From: Macrostomum lignano
Taxonomy: Eukaryota
Reading direction: 5' to 3'
Assembly: GCA_002269645.1 (NCBI GenBank)
Contig: NIVC01001911.1
Span: forward strand, 62,001 to 126,000
DNA length: 64,000 nucleotides
The notes beneath the pieces are model-generated. The model was not told the DNA's origin and did no database searches. It worked only from the letters and a program-made list of their open reading frames with translations. A program made the position numbers and the translations under genes. The number at the start of each line of letters is the position of its first letter. The stretch's first letter is position 1. Positions 1 through 12,193 of the stretch are shown here, in pieces.

Positions 1-706
1 GTCATGTAAACAATCATAGAAGCGTCATGTAAACAATCATAGAAGCGTCATGTAAACAATCATAGAAGCGTCATGTAAACAATCATAGAAGCGTCATGTA
101 AAAATCATAGAAGCGTCATGAAAAAATCATAGAAGCGTCATATAAAAATCATAGAAGCGTCATGTAAAAAATCATAGAAGCGTCATGTAAACAATCATAG
201 AAGCGTCATGTAAAAATCATAGAAGCCTCATGTAAAAATCATAGAGGCGTCATGAAACAATCATAGAAGCGTAATGTAAACAATCATAGAAGCGTCATGT
301 AAAAAATCATAGAAGCGTCATGTAAACAATCATAAAAGCGTCATGTAAACAATCATAAAAGCGTCATGTAAACAATCATAGAAGCGTCATTTAAAAAATG
401 GTAGAAGCGTCATGTAAACAATCATAGAAGCGTCATGTAAACAATCATAGAAGCGTCATATAAACAATCATAGAAGCGTCATATAAAAATCATAGAAGCG
501 TCATGTAAACAATCATAGAAGCGTCATGTAAAAATCATAGAAGCCTCATGTAAAAATCATAGAGGCGTCATGAAACAATCATAGAAGCGTCATGTAAACA
601 ATCATAGAAGCGTCATATAGAAATCATAGAAGCGTCATGTAAAAAATCATAGAAGCGTCATGTAAACAATCATAGAAGCGTCATGAAAAAATCATAGAAG
701 CCTCAT
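1..706. repeat. 23-bp tandem minisatellite (GTCATGTAAACAATCATAGAAGC)n
   Basis: About 30 units read directly; the array runs off the window start. Confidence 0.95.
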
Positions 707-1607
707 TTAAAAACTAAGGAAAGTGTTATTTAAAAAATTAAGAAGCATCATGGTAGAATAAAAGAAGCGTCATGTCAGACATGAAGGGTGTCATGTAAAA
801 ATTAAATGCAGCTATAATGCTGTGCTGGGAAGAAAAACTGAGACGTAAAGGCTCTCAGAGAATAACTGAGATTACGGGGGGGGGCTTCTGAGATGTCAAA
901 GCAAAGTTCAGAAGCGACTTCAAAGTTCATGCACTTTACTCAATTTTTTTATTGCATTCTTTGTTGGCTCGCCACTGGGGGGTGCTGATAGAAAAAGAGT
1001 CATGTAAAAAATAAAAGTAGCACTATGTATACATAAAAGAAAAGTCATGTCGAAGTTAAAAGATTCATTTGGGAATTGCTACGATGTCAAAGCTAGGTGG
1101 AAATCGTTATAGTGCTGTGATTCTTAAAGAAGGAATCACTAAAATGTCAAGGCTTAGGGGAGAAGAATTGCTGAGATTTCAAGGCTTTAGGGTGGGTTAA
1201 AGTTAGGTTTAGGTCAGGTGTGGGTTGAGGGTTATATTTTATCGGGTTTCAAGGTTAACAGGGGATTTTTTAGATTTCAAGGTTTATGGGGGCCATCGCT
1301 GACATGTCAAGGCTTACGAGGGGAATAGCTGAGATGTCAAGGCTCACGGGGGTATAAATGAGATTTCAAGGCTAAAGTCAGAAGCTACATGTAGTTTATT
1401 GAAAACTTTTTATTACATTATTTGATGCCTCCTCAGGGGAGGGATCGCTGATAAAAAAAGCGTTATGTAAAAAATAAAAGAAGCTTCATGTCGAAGTTAA
1501 GAGATTCATTTGGGAATCCCTACGATGTCGAGGCTTGCAGGGAATCGCAATAATGCTGTAGCAGTGCTATAATGACTCTTAGAGAGAATTACTGAAATGT
1601 CAATGCT

Positions 1608-1663
1608 TTAGGGTTAGGTTAGGGTTAGGGTTAGGGTTAGGGTTAGGCTAGGGTTAGGGTTAG
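1608..1663 (+). repeat. Interstitial telomere-like (TTAGGG)n tract
   Basis: About 9 mostly perfect TTAGGG units with TTAGG and CTAGGG variants. Confidence 0.85.
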
Positions 1664-1902
1664 AAGGTTGACAGATTTTTTAGATTTCCAAGGCTTATTG
1701 GGGGCATTGCTGAGATGTCAAGGGGGGAGTTGATATGTTAAAGCTTGTGGGGGGGAATTACTGACATGTCAAGGCTTACAAGGTTTGACAGGAGATTTTT
1801 TAAGATTTCAAGGATACATGTAGCTTATTAAAAAAACGTGTATTGCATTTCTTTGGCTCCCCAACGGGGGGCGTAGATTGCTAGTAAATGATCTACAATT
1901 AC

Positions 1903-2154
1903 CTGAACAGCCACGCGCAGCTCAGAATCCAGCTGTGCAATCTGAGCCCTGATGCCAGACAGAACATCGTCAAGCCCAGCTAGGCTCTGCTCAGTAGGAA
2001 AAATCCTATTAATATAATCTGTAGCGCAGAAACTAGCCTGATCGAGTGGATCATTGGGATCCACCAGCTCTTGTAGGGCAGCTTCAACCTCGGGTGGAAA
2101 TGCCATCAAAGCATCTAACTGCTGTTGTTGTTGAGCTGCTTCAGTGTCGGACAT
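1903..2154 (-). CDS. VPS53: VPS53 (GARP/EARP complex subunit), first coding exon; remainder presumably beyond the window start
   Basis: DPLDQASFCATDYINRIFPTEQSLAGLDDVLSGIRAQIAQLDSELRVAV matches the Vps53 N-terminus (DPLD..DF....YIN..FPTEQSL). Phase-0 donor CAG|GTAATT at 1903/1902. Confidence 0.88.
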
Positions 2155-3132
2155 CTTTAGATTGAGTCTTGATGCAGAAGTTTAAAAAAACGAACTTCTT
2201 TTTACTACTAGATTTAGTAGTAGTATATAAAACTCTGAATGTGAATGTGAATCATAGGTTTTTAACTAGTCATATTCAATTGGCCATCCAAATTTATCAT
2301 TGATATAGTGACATACATATAGTTATATTGGTTGTTAAGCATTTTTAAGGCAATTTTTAGTTGAATGATCTCATAGAATATTTTTTTACTTCATCTTGCT
2401 ACCAGTCAATGCACTATACTTATAGGCATTCATTGTACTTGTGGCATTGGCTACTAAAAGATTGATTAAGTTGCAAGAGCAAGGCTAACTATGGCTAGGG
2501 TTATATCTATTTAATAAGATTAAGGTAGGCCTATACTATAATGAGTTTGAGGCTGAAACTAAAAGTGGGAATTTAGGTCATAGACAAGGTAACTTGTGAG
2601 CATTCAAAAGAAAATACTTTTTTTAAATGCAGAGAAACAAATCATATCTAACTGGCCTAACTGCTACAATATAATAATATACGCATTTATACATATTAAG
2701 TTTGTATGTTTTTATTATTAGGCCTAATTTTGTAAGAGAATTTTATTATTAATATTATTAATCATGGACATAAATTAATTTAGATAGTTTCTCTATGTGT
2801 TAAATAAATAATTAAGATAACAAAGTAGTAAATAAAAATGGTGAGAGTCTGATTACCATCTATAGGCTAGGGTAGGGGCCTAAATCAAATAAAAGTCAAT
2901 AGTAGTAGGCCAATAATATACTAATAAATCTAACACTATAATTGGCCCTAATGCTTTGTTTGTAAATAGACTTAATTAAGTAATGTATTTAAGTATTTTA
3001 TCTATTTAAAAGTAGGCCTAATAGTTCTGAAAGTATTAAATTGAAACTCAAGAGAACTATATTATAGCATAGGCCTGCATATTCTGTTCAAGAAAGCAAG
3101 AATAAATGAACACATGGTCATGATTTCGGCAT

Positions 3133-3606
3133 AGTTCTAGTTTACTTCGTTATATTATTTCATAATTCTACTTTACTTTGTTATATTAATTTCATGTATT
3201 TTCTTGCAATGCCATATGCTACCTAGGACCTGTATCATCACCGATGGCTGGCTGGCCTATGCTAGGCTACAGAATCACGCAGTGGTAAACCACCGTCTAT
3301 ATTTCATGGATCCGGCTGACCCAACAGTGCACACAAACCACATCGAGGGGATGTGGGCCCTGGCCAAGAGGCACCTATGGGCTACAGGCCATGCATGGAA
3401 TGAGCGACGCGCTTTTTGAGGCCCATCTTGAGGAGTACATCTGGCGCCGCATGTACCATAACAACCCCTTTGGCGCCGTGCTGTACTGGGCTTCTGTTTA
3501 TTATCCTGTTTAGGACTTGACTTGACCTTGAACCTGAAATTGATAGAAAAACGGGGTAAAATAATTTAACGAAAGGCAGAATAATATAACGAAGTAAACT
3601 AGAACT
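3133..3606 (+). mobile_element. Internally deleted Merlin (IS1595/ISXO2-like DDE) DNA transposon
   Basis: IITDGWLAY..VNH..HTNHIEGMW motifs, then a frameshifted FEAHLEEYIWRR. Flanked by a perfect 27-bp inverted repeat AGTTCTAGTTTACTTCGTTATATTATT (3133-3159 / 3580-3606). Confidence 0.85.
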
Positions 3607-6063
3607 CTTGCTTCGCTAATCGCTACATATTATAATAGCATGTTTCATACATGAAACAGTACAATGCTATGATTGCCTTACTGTCTAAATTAATATAGGC
3701 TATTAGCTGATATTATGTTCGGCCTACAAATGGTGGAATAGGTAGGCTGAAGGGCAGGGCAGTGATAGGTAGATATGATAGGGCAGGGAAGAAATAGGTA
3801 GATATACTAATTACTAGACAATACAGGTAGAACACAGGCAGGCTACATGCAGGAAGCAAGCAAGCAAGCAATCTTAATACAGTTGGCTCAATGTCAAAGT
3901 CAATGTCTTAATAGCTATTCACGTACTTCTAATAATAATAAGTCTTGGAAAAGATGATTTTCTCTTGAAAAAGCAACTTCTAGGAATGTGTAAAAATCTA
4001 CACTCTTTTCAATTAACTGATCTAGATTAAATTTTGATATGTAGAAGAACAGGTATATAAATTTCGTTTGCTTGTTTAATTGGTTACAGCAAAATATCAT
4101 TTTGCAATTGTTATATTAAGTGATCAAACTGCGGCCCCCGGCCGCAGGCTAGAGCTGGCCGGACCGGGCCGCTAAGTACCAACACCCTTAAATTAAAATT
4201 TTACTTATTGGAGTTCGCTTCGCTAGCTAGGCGATGTATGTATAAAAATGACTCTATGTACAAAATGACTATAAAAATGATGGCATATACATTTGCTAAG
4301 ATGTCAATGCTTATGGGAAAATTTAAATTTATGAGATGTCAAGCCCACAATGAGAATCGCTGAGATGTCAAAACTCATGAGAGGATTGCTGAAATGCAGC
4401 TGTTGGCTCGTCAGGGAAAGGGTTACTGAAATGATTGGATGAAGTTGTTGGTAGGCCAAGGCAAAAATGTAGATCAAAAAGGGCTTTCAGGCTGATTTTG
4501 CTGCTTTAGCTATTGTTTTAGCTCGTATCTATGAGCTGCTAGAAGCTACTGTGGCTTCTGTGCAAGTAGTGGTTCGGAGAATTAGATTCGGAGAAATAGA
4601 CTAGAAATTTAATTCGCAACCTCCAAGGTGCAGCAGCTTTAATCCGATGAAAAAAGTTGCACACAGCTGCAGCCACAAGCGGGCGCTCATTCTCCTAAAT
4701 TGGTGTGGATGAGTGTGTCTGCAAGAGCTGGAACGCAGCAGCTCCGTGATCTGAGTGCACGGTTCCTGAATTTAATTTGATGTTAAGTTTCTGTAGCTGT
4801 ACAGTTGTAGCTGTACTGTAGCTGTACAGCTGTATATAGTAGTACAGTATATACTACAATCGATAGTGAAGTGTATGGTTTGGATAAGCTACTACTCCCA
4901 TTTATTTATTGCTGCAGCTGCCTTAATTATCGATAAAGAGAAAAAAAATCGATGTGCCATCAATAAGCTACTGCACAAAATCCGCGGGCGTTGCAAGCCG
5001 GTCTTTGGATTGGTTTAGAGAGATTTTTTGTTATCTTTATGGTTGATTTTTTCGCTGAAATTCAGTATCGTGTTGCCAAAGAGACAGAGAAAACTGTTTA
5101 CTGAGGGACAGCCGGGGGAGGCTGTGGTGCTGCTCCAATTGCTGCTTCTGCATGCGTAGAATCTCGATCAATGTAGCGTTCTCTAAGTATTCGAAAGCTG
5201 CGTTTGAGCGTGAATTTTCCGCCCTAGTTTAATCGGTGGGCGTCTCTTTGTTGGTGTCTTTCAGTCTCAACGGAATGCTTTTTTCTACTGCTTCCATGAG
5301 CAAAAGAGATGCCGATTGTTTTTTTCTCTGTTGATTTATCCTGGCACTATTCACTTTTCTCGTCATCATCCGTTTTAAGGAGTTAATTTTAGCATAATTC
5401 GAGCCCATTCAAGTTTTTTAACGAATTCAAGCTCACATATGGATGTTTCTTTAAGGACTGCTTTGAAGGCACACTGCGCGGAATGGGAGCTGTTGTGACC
5501 GTAGGATGCACTGGTTGTGCAGGAAACTCAATTCATGTATTTTATTCGCAGATGGCTAATCTCCGTAGCTAGGTAGAGCTATTTATTTGAAACCGAGGGG
5601 AGGCTGGTATTACGTGTGATTTAGAACATATACTTTACAATAGAATGCATAGAGTGCTTGGGCTTGAAAAGAAAGCCCAACAGAATACTTATTTTAATGT
5701 AGTTATAATTATTTGGTGCAACATACGATGCAATATTAAGATAGAGGTTCATTTCTACTAAGTTTTTATTTATTTGAGCTCGTTTCATGTAAAAAAATAC
5801 ATGTACATATATATTTAAGTACATGTAAGCTTTCAAAACAACAGAATACGTATCATGCAGCTTTGTCGTAGGACTTTGCATGTACAATCTACATCATCAA
5901 CATGTACATAAACAATAATTTAACAGAGCTACATGTAGCTGTAAGTGTTTGAAACAAAAGAAAATTGATTATAAAATCTTAGCCTTTTCTAACTTTAGTG
6001 CTCCATGGGTTCAAAAAGAGAAATCATATGATCATCTACAAGCTCTTATGTTTTGAACGTCGG

Positions 6064-9000
6064 CTACTGCGGCACAACCAAATCGCTAGTGTAGTGTGTC
6101 TTCGGGATTGGCGTCGATTTGTCCTTTTTAGCCGACGTCGGCCTTTCCGAATGGCAATCGCACGGCGCGAAGCGGAATATTTTCAGGCAGTGCAGCCCAT
6201 TGGCAGCGAACTCCGTGACGGCTAGGTGACCCTCGGGAGTGAACCGGGCGCATTGAACGTTGCCTAGATCGTCGACAGGACCCAGAGCCTGAGTGTGCAG
6301 ATTTGGTTTGTGATGAATCGAATGACATGTAACATAGATCTAACCAACTCTAAATGGTCGATTTGTTGCTTCAATAAGACGTAAATTACAGTAAAGTACT
6401 ATGCGCTAAGGTGGGTTTCAGGTGCTAATTTAGATCACTGTGTCTGAGGGTTTGCGAAAAATTTCAGTAGCTCCAAGATGGGTGTCTGGGGTGCAACAAC
6501 ACTCCCGTAGCTTCAAGATGGGTGTCTGGGGTGCAACAGCACTCCCGTAGCTTCAAGATGGGTGTCTGGGGTGCAACAGCACTCCCGTAGCTTCAAGATG
6601 GGTGTCTGGGGTTCAACAGCACTCCCGTAGCTTCAAGATGGGTGTCTGGGGTGCAACAACACTCCCGTAGCTCCAAGATGGGTGTCTGGGGTGCAACAGC
6701 ACTCCCGTAGCTTCAAGATGGGTGTCTGGGGTTCAACAGCACTCCCGTAGCTTCAAGATGGGTGTCTGGGGTGCAACAGCACTCCCGTAGCTTCAAGATG
6801 GGTGTCTGGGGTGCAACAGCACTCCCGTAGCTTCAAGATGGGTGTCTGGGGTTCAACAGCACTCCCGTAGCTTCAAGATGGGTGTCTGGGGTGCAACAGC
6901 ACTCCCGTAGCTTCAAGATGGGTGTCTGGGGTGCAACAGCACTCCCGTAGCTTCAAGATGGGTGTCTGGGGTGCAACAGCACTCCCGTAGCTTCAAGATG
7001 GGTGTCTGGGGTGCAACAGCACTCCCGTAGCTTCAAGATGGGTGTCTGGGGTGCAACAGCACTCCCGTAGCTCCAAGATGGATAGTGAGGCCGACGTCAT
7101 AGACCTCAGAGCTGCTGTAAGCTCCAAGATGTGAGCCAGGGAGTGCAAAAACAATGCTGTAAGCTCCAAGACGTAAGGGGTTTCTACGCTCGTAAAAAAT
7201 GCTGTCACCATCCACTTGACTTCCCGGCCGCGCTCACCTGTTGGTGAAATTCGCCAGTCAGAGCGTACGCATTCACCGTATGATTGGTGGCATCGGCGAT
7301 CAGCAGCAGGTCGGCCGACAAATCGACGCTGGTCGGCAGCACGGCGAGCCCGGGTCTCGACGCTGCAGGCTCGAACGTCAGCTTGCAGACGCCGTCGTAG
7401 TCGAATAGGCGAACAACTCCGCAGGCCGTGTCGCAGAGGGCAATCAGCTGGCGATTGGCGGCCACGCTGTACATCTGCACCGGGCTGGCGATGGCGGCGG
7501 CGGCAGCGGCGGATTTGGCTCCGGTTGGCGTGTCGATTGGAAAAGATTTGTCAAATTTGCAGCCTTTGCGGTACATTTCAATCTGAGAGTGGAAAGATTT
7601 GTTTGCTGGTTTGTTAGACAACATGTTAGAGAGGAGTGTTGCTTGTGTCACCTGATAGAGAGCATGTTAGAGAGGAGTGTTGCTTGTGTCACCTGATAGA
7701 CAACATGTTAGAGAGGAGTGTTGCTTGTGTCACCTGATAGAGAGCATGTTAGAGAGGAGTGTTGCTTGTGTCACCTGATAGAGAGCATGTTAGAGAGGAG
7801 TGTTGCTTGTGTCACCTGATAGACAACATGTTAGAGAGGAGTGTTGCTTGTGTCACCTGATAGACAACATGTTAGAGAGGAGTGTTGCTTGTGTCACCTG
7901 ATAGACAACATGTTAGGGAGGAGTGTTGCTTGTGTCACCTGATAGAGAGCATGTTAGACAGGAGTGTTACCTGTTAGAGAGGAGTGTCACCTATTAAGCG
8001 GGGATTCTTCCCGTTCCCCAAAATTTTGTGCTTTGAGTCTACTCAATTAATTACGAGTACGCGATGCAAGAAGGCTGTGGGGCACCCGAACGTCATCCTG
8101 CCCTTTTGCTGACTGCTGAGCACAGGAGAGCGGTATACATTCTCTGTGCCTAGGAGGTTGGCCCTGAAGGGTGTACGTGATTCGAAACTGCATGCAATGA
8201 ACAGCATTTCACCTGTCTGGCTTCGCTAACAACGATGATGTTGTGCCCAGCATCGCAGGCGATGGCCACTGGAGCGGCTCTAGTTAAAAACATCATTCTC
8301 AAACTGCCTTTTGGCCGGAAAATCTGTACCCGACTATTTCCGGTATCGGCTACAGCGTAATTTCCGGTCGGCATCCAAGCGACATCCAATGGGCTGTCCA
8401 GTTCGCCCGGTGCAGAACCTTTGCCGCGGCCGATAATGTTCTTGAACACGCCGGCAGAGTTGAACAGCTGCACCCGATGATTCTCGGTGTCCGCGATGGC
8501 GAGTTCACCGTCCGAGGCGACGCTTAAACCGCGAGGATAGCAAAAGTAGCCTTCGCTTGAGCCACGCTGACCGACCGAGTGCAGCAGCTTGTCTTTGCTG
8601 AGTAGTCGGTGGGATAAATTAATTAATAAGGAAGCCTGAGCTCTCTTTTGTCTTTAGTATACCCAATTCCTGTTTCAGTAACCCCCCCAATGCTTCAGTT
8701 ACCCCCGATGCTATTCTTCAGTAACCCTCCCGATGCTTCAGTAACCCTCCTGATGTCTCAGTACCCTCCCGATGCTTCAGTAACCTTCGATGCTTCAGTA
8801 ACCTTCGATGCTTCAGTAACCTTCGATGCTTCAGTAACCTTCGATGCTTCAGTAACCTTCGATGCTTCAGTAACCTTCGATGCTTCAGTAACCTTCGATG
8901 CTTCAGTAACCTTCGATGCTTCAGTAACCTTCGATGCTTCAGTAACCTTCGATGCTTCAGTAACCTTCGATGCTTCAGTAACCTTCGATGCTTCAGTAAC

Positions 9001-10025
9001 CTTCGATGCTTCAGTAACCTTCGATGCTTCAGTAACCTTCGATGCTTCAGTAACCTTCGATGCTTCAGTAACCTTCGATGCTTCAGTAACCTTCGATGCT
9101 TCAGTAACCTTCGATGCTTCAGTAACCCTCCCGATGCTTCAGTAACCCTCCCGATGCTTCAGTAACCCTCCCGATGCTTCAGTAACCCTCACGATGCTTC
9201 AGTAACTTTCCATGCTTTAGAAACCCTCCGATGCTTCAGTAACCGCCCCCCCCCCGATAGTTCATTAATCTTCTCAATGCATCAGTAGCCTCCACGATAC
9301 TTCAGTATCAATCCCAATAGCTACTTAAAGTAACCCTTGATTCAAAACTTCATTCTACAGGAGACGAGACACCTCTCAACAATCTTTGTTATGCATCTCT
9401 AATTTCGGACGTCACTCACGGCTTATCCTCGAACCGGAACTGTTGCACTTTGTAATGCAAGGCCTGCACATCCTGCTGGGTCTGCTTGAGACCGAATGCC
9501 AGCAGAAACGCCGGCCAATGCTGAGAGTCATGCTTGTCCTGCTGAGATGATGGACGACACGAGTGAGCTGAAATATTTTTAGTAGAAATATGAGTAATCA
9601 AGTTGAAATTCAGTTGTATCATTTATGAACAAAGCTTTATTAAAAATGGAAGAAACCATCGTACGACGATTTTGACGCCAAAGAACAAAACGTTCATTTG
9701 ACGGCGATATAATGATGGTCACCTAAATACCATATCGTTTCCCTGAAAACCATACCGGTCACCTGAAGCCCCTTATATCTAGCTCGTAAGACGTGAAAAG
9801 ATCGGCCTGCTCTCCTAATAAATCCTCAGTTGTCGCATCTGTTTTTGATGCGGAAAAGTGCCAAGCAGCAGAATCCATTGCGAGCTCACCCGACGGATGC
9901 ACCGACTTAAACACGCGATGTGAGCACTCCGTGTTGAGCAGATGATTCGACGGGTAGCTCTGACGGATCTCAACGGCGCACGGGCCGAGACGTTTCAAAC
10001 GAAGCTGGGATTGCGAATCCACCAT
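6064..10025 (-). CDS. NHL-repeat (beta-propeller) protein, about 412 aa, 5 exons
   Basis: Phase-consistent exons 9890-10025 (tentative), 9420-9567, 8213-8597, 7238-7582, 6064-6288. NHL motifs FCYPRGLSVASDGELAIADTENHRVQLF, LDSPLDVA..YAVADTGNSRVQIF and PTSVD..LLIADATNHTV. Confidence 0.85.
6467..7081. repeat. 40-bp intronic minisatellite
   Basis: GTAGCTTCAAGATGGGTGTCTGGGGTGCAACAGCACTCCC, about 15 copies. Confidence 0.95.
7612..7990. repeat. 41-bp intronic minisatellite
   Basis: CATGTTAGAGAGGAGTGTTGCTTGTGTCACCTGATAGA(GAG/CAA), about 8 copies. Confidence 0.93.
8690..9245. repeat. 18-bp intronic minisatellite
   Basis: (CTTCGATGCTTCAGTAAC)n; it produces the artefactual DASVTF ORF. Confidence 0.95.
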
Positions 10026-10347
10026 TGCGAACCTGACAGGGGGTGTTCAAACTGGCCTCTCTATCTGCTGCCGCGCAGCTAAAGAGAAATTTTCGAAGCA
10101 GCGGTCTCTCCTGTTAAAGCTTTAATAAAGAAAAGCTGCAGGTGTACAGTACAGACATTGTTGGCCCTGTTACCAAGCGCCAAATTCCAATAAGAAGCTT
10201 AAATTTTCTTTCTTTCTCTGCCTGCAAAACTGTGCAAGGCTGTTGGCCTTAAAAGCTGCATTGAGGGGTCGCATCTCCATCCACCCTCCTCGCTCGGTTT
10301 TTACGCGTGTGCATAAGAATTGTACGGCAATAACGTTGCCGCACTTC

Positions 10348-10406
10348 CTGTCTATCAGTCTATCAGTCTATCTATCTATCTGTCTATCTATCTATCTGTC
10401 TATCTG

Positions 10407-10437
<31 letters not shown>

Positions 10438-10446
10438 GTCTATCTG

Positions 10447-10525
<79 letters not shown>

Positions 10526-10537
10526 GTCTGTCTATCC

Positions 10538-10602
<65 letters not shown>

Positions 10603-10608
10603 ACTATC

Positions 10609-10639
<31 letters not shown>

Positions 10640-10650
10640 CTATCTATCTC
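10348..10650. repeat. (TCTA)n microsatellite
   Basis: Read directly. Confidence 0.97.
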
Positions 10651-10951
10651 AGATACACTTGCATTAAACGTAGAACAACTGCAATTAGTGCATCACTCGC
10701 TAGTGCAGCATAACACTTTTTCTGTCAGCATTTTATTTATGATTGTTTAGGTACTCATTAAAAAGCAAAAAGGCGATTAAGCGTACATTTAGATTAGGTC
10801 ACTCGTTCATGAAATAAAAAGTACTTCATCAAAGAAAACATTGTCATTAGTAAGTGAAACTCCCTTATTACCTACGCACACTATGATAGGCAAAAATGTT
10901 TAGTGGATCTATGATGGATTCCGTTTGCTTCTGCTTTCGACTTACTTTCCG

Positions 10952-12193
10952 TCAGCCCTGAGCAGCAGCCTCTTTTCGCTTCTTGTTAGCTTCCGTCATT
11001 CTATTCACGAGTTCTTGAGCGGGGACCTGCTTTTGCATCTTCGCCTTCGTAGCCGCCCGTTCTGCTTGAGACATGGCGGGCCGGTTCACGGGCCAGCTGA
11101 TGTCCATTTTCTTCTTTGGTGGCGCCGACTTAAACGGATTTTTGACGCTCTTCACTGTGGAAGGCGAGTGGGGCGGCTCCGCTGTGTCTATCTGCCCTTT
11201 TCCGCTGTGTCTATCTGCCCTATTCCACTGTGTCTATCTGCCCGATTCCACTGTGTCTATCTGCCCTATTCCACTGTGTCTATCTGCCCTATTCCACTGT
11301 GTCTATCTGCCCTATTCCACTGTGTCTATCTGCCCTATTCCACTGTGTCTATCTGCCCTATTCCACTGTGTCTATCTGCCCTATTCCACTGTGTCTATCT
11401 GCCTTATTATTCTGCTGTATCTATCTGCCCCTATTTTGCTGCGTCTATCTGCCCTATTCCACTGTGTCTATCTGCTCTATTCCACTGTGTCTATCTGCCC
11501 TATTCCACTGTGTCTATCTGCCCTATTCCACTGTGTCTATCTGCCCTATTCCACTGTGTCTATCTGCCCTATTCCACTGTGTCTATCTGCCCTATTCCAC
11601 TGTGTCTATCTGCCCTATTCCACTGTGTCTATCTGCCCTATTCCACTGTGTCTATCTGCCCTATTCCACTGTGTCTATCTGCCTTATTATTCTGCTGTAT
11701 CTATCTGCCCCTATTTTGCTGCGTCTATCTGCCCTATTCCACTGTGTCTATCTGCTCTATTCCACTGTGTCTATCTGCCCTATTCCACTGTGTCTATCTG
11801 CCCTATTCCACTGTGTCTATCTGCCCTATTCCACTGTGTCTATCTGCCCTATTCCACTGTGTCTATCTGCCCTATTCCACTGTGTCTATCTGCCCTATTC
11901 CACTGTGTCTATCTGCCCTATTCCACTGTGTCTATCTGCCATATTCCACTGTGTCTATCTGCCTTATTATTCTGCTGTATCTATCTGCCCCTATTTTGCT
12001 GCGTCTATCTGCCCTATTTTACAGTGTGTATCTACTCTAATCCTTAATCTTATTTCGAGCCATATCAGCTAAAACACAAATTAGCAGATTTACCTTTTGC
12101 CATAATAGGCCTGGGGCATCCTTGAACTTCAGTAGCTATCACCAGAGCCATTATCAGCAGGCACAGAGTTGTGAAAAGTTGGCAGCTTGACAT
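10952..12193 (-). CDS. Secreted cationic Pro/Lys-rich peptide, paralog A (109 aa, 2 exons)
   Basis: Exon 1 12094-12193 (MSSCQLFTTLCLLIMALVIATEVQGCPRPIMAK, donor G|GTAAAT). Exon 2 10952-11181 (acceptor CACAG|CG; AEPPHSPSTVKSVKNPFKSAPPKKKMDISWPVNRPAMSQAERAATKAKMQKQVPAQELVNRMTEANKKRKEAAAQG*). Phases match, and the structure recurs in three paralogs. Confidence 0.85.
11182..12030. repeat. 23-bp satellite array 1 (CCACTGTGTCTATCTGCCCTATT)n in the intron of paralog A
   Basis: About 37 units. The variant GCCTTATTATTCTGCTG recurs at 11401, 11681 and 11961, giving a 280-bp higher-order period. Confidence 0.95.

Noticed and set aside
3204-3419. Bacterial IS1595 or contamination
   Set aside because: It is embedded in intron-containing eukaryotic DNA, so the eukaryotic Merlin superfamily explains it.
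7612-7651. ORF-track start MTQATLL, and the idea that the 41-bp repeat duplicates the NHL exon acceptor
   Set aside because: A much better in-phase acceptor (TCTTTCCACTCTCAG|ATT at 7582) gives canonical NHL sequence, so the repeat is intronic.
11075-11110. CRIB (Cdc42/Rac-binding) motif suggested by KKKMDISWP
   Set aside because: The F.H..H half of CRIB is missing and the protein carries a signal peptide.
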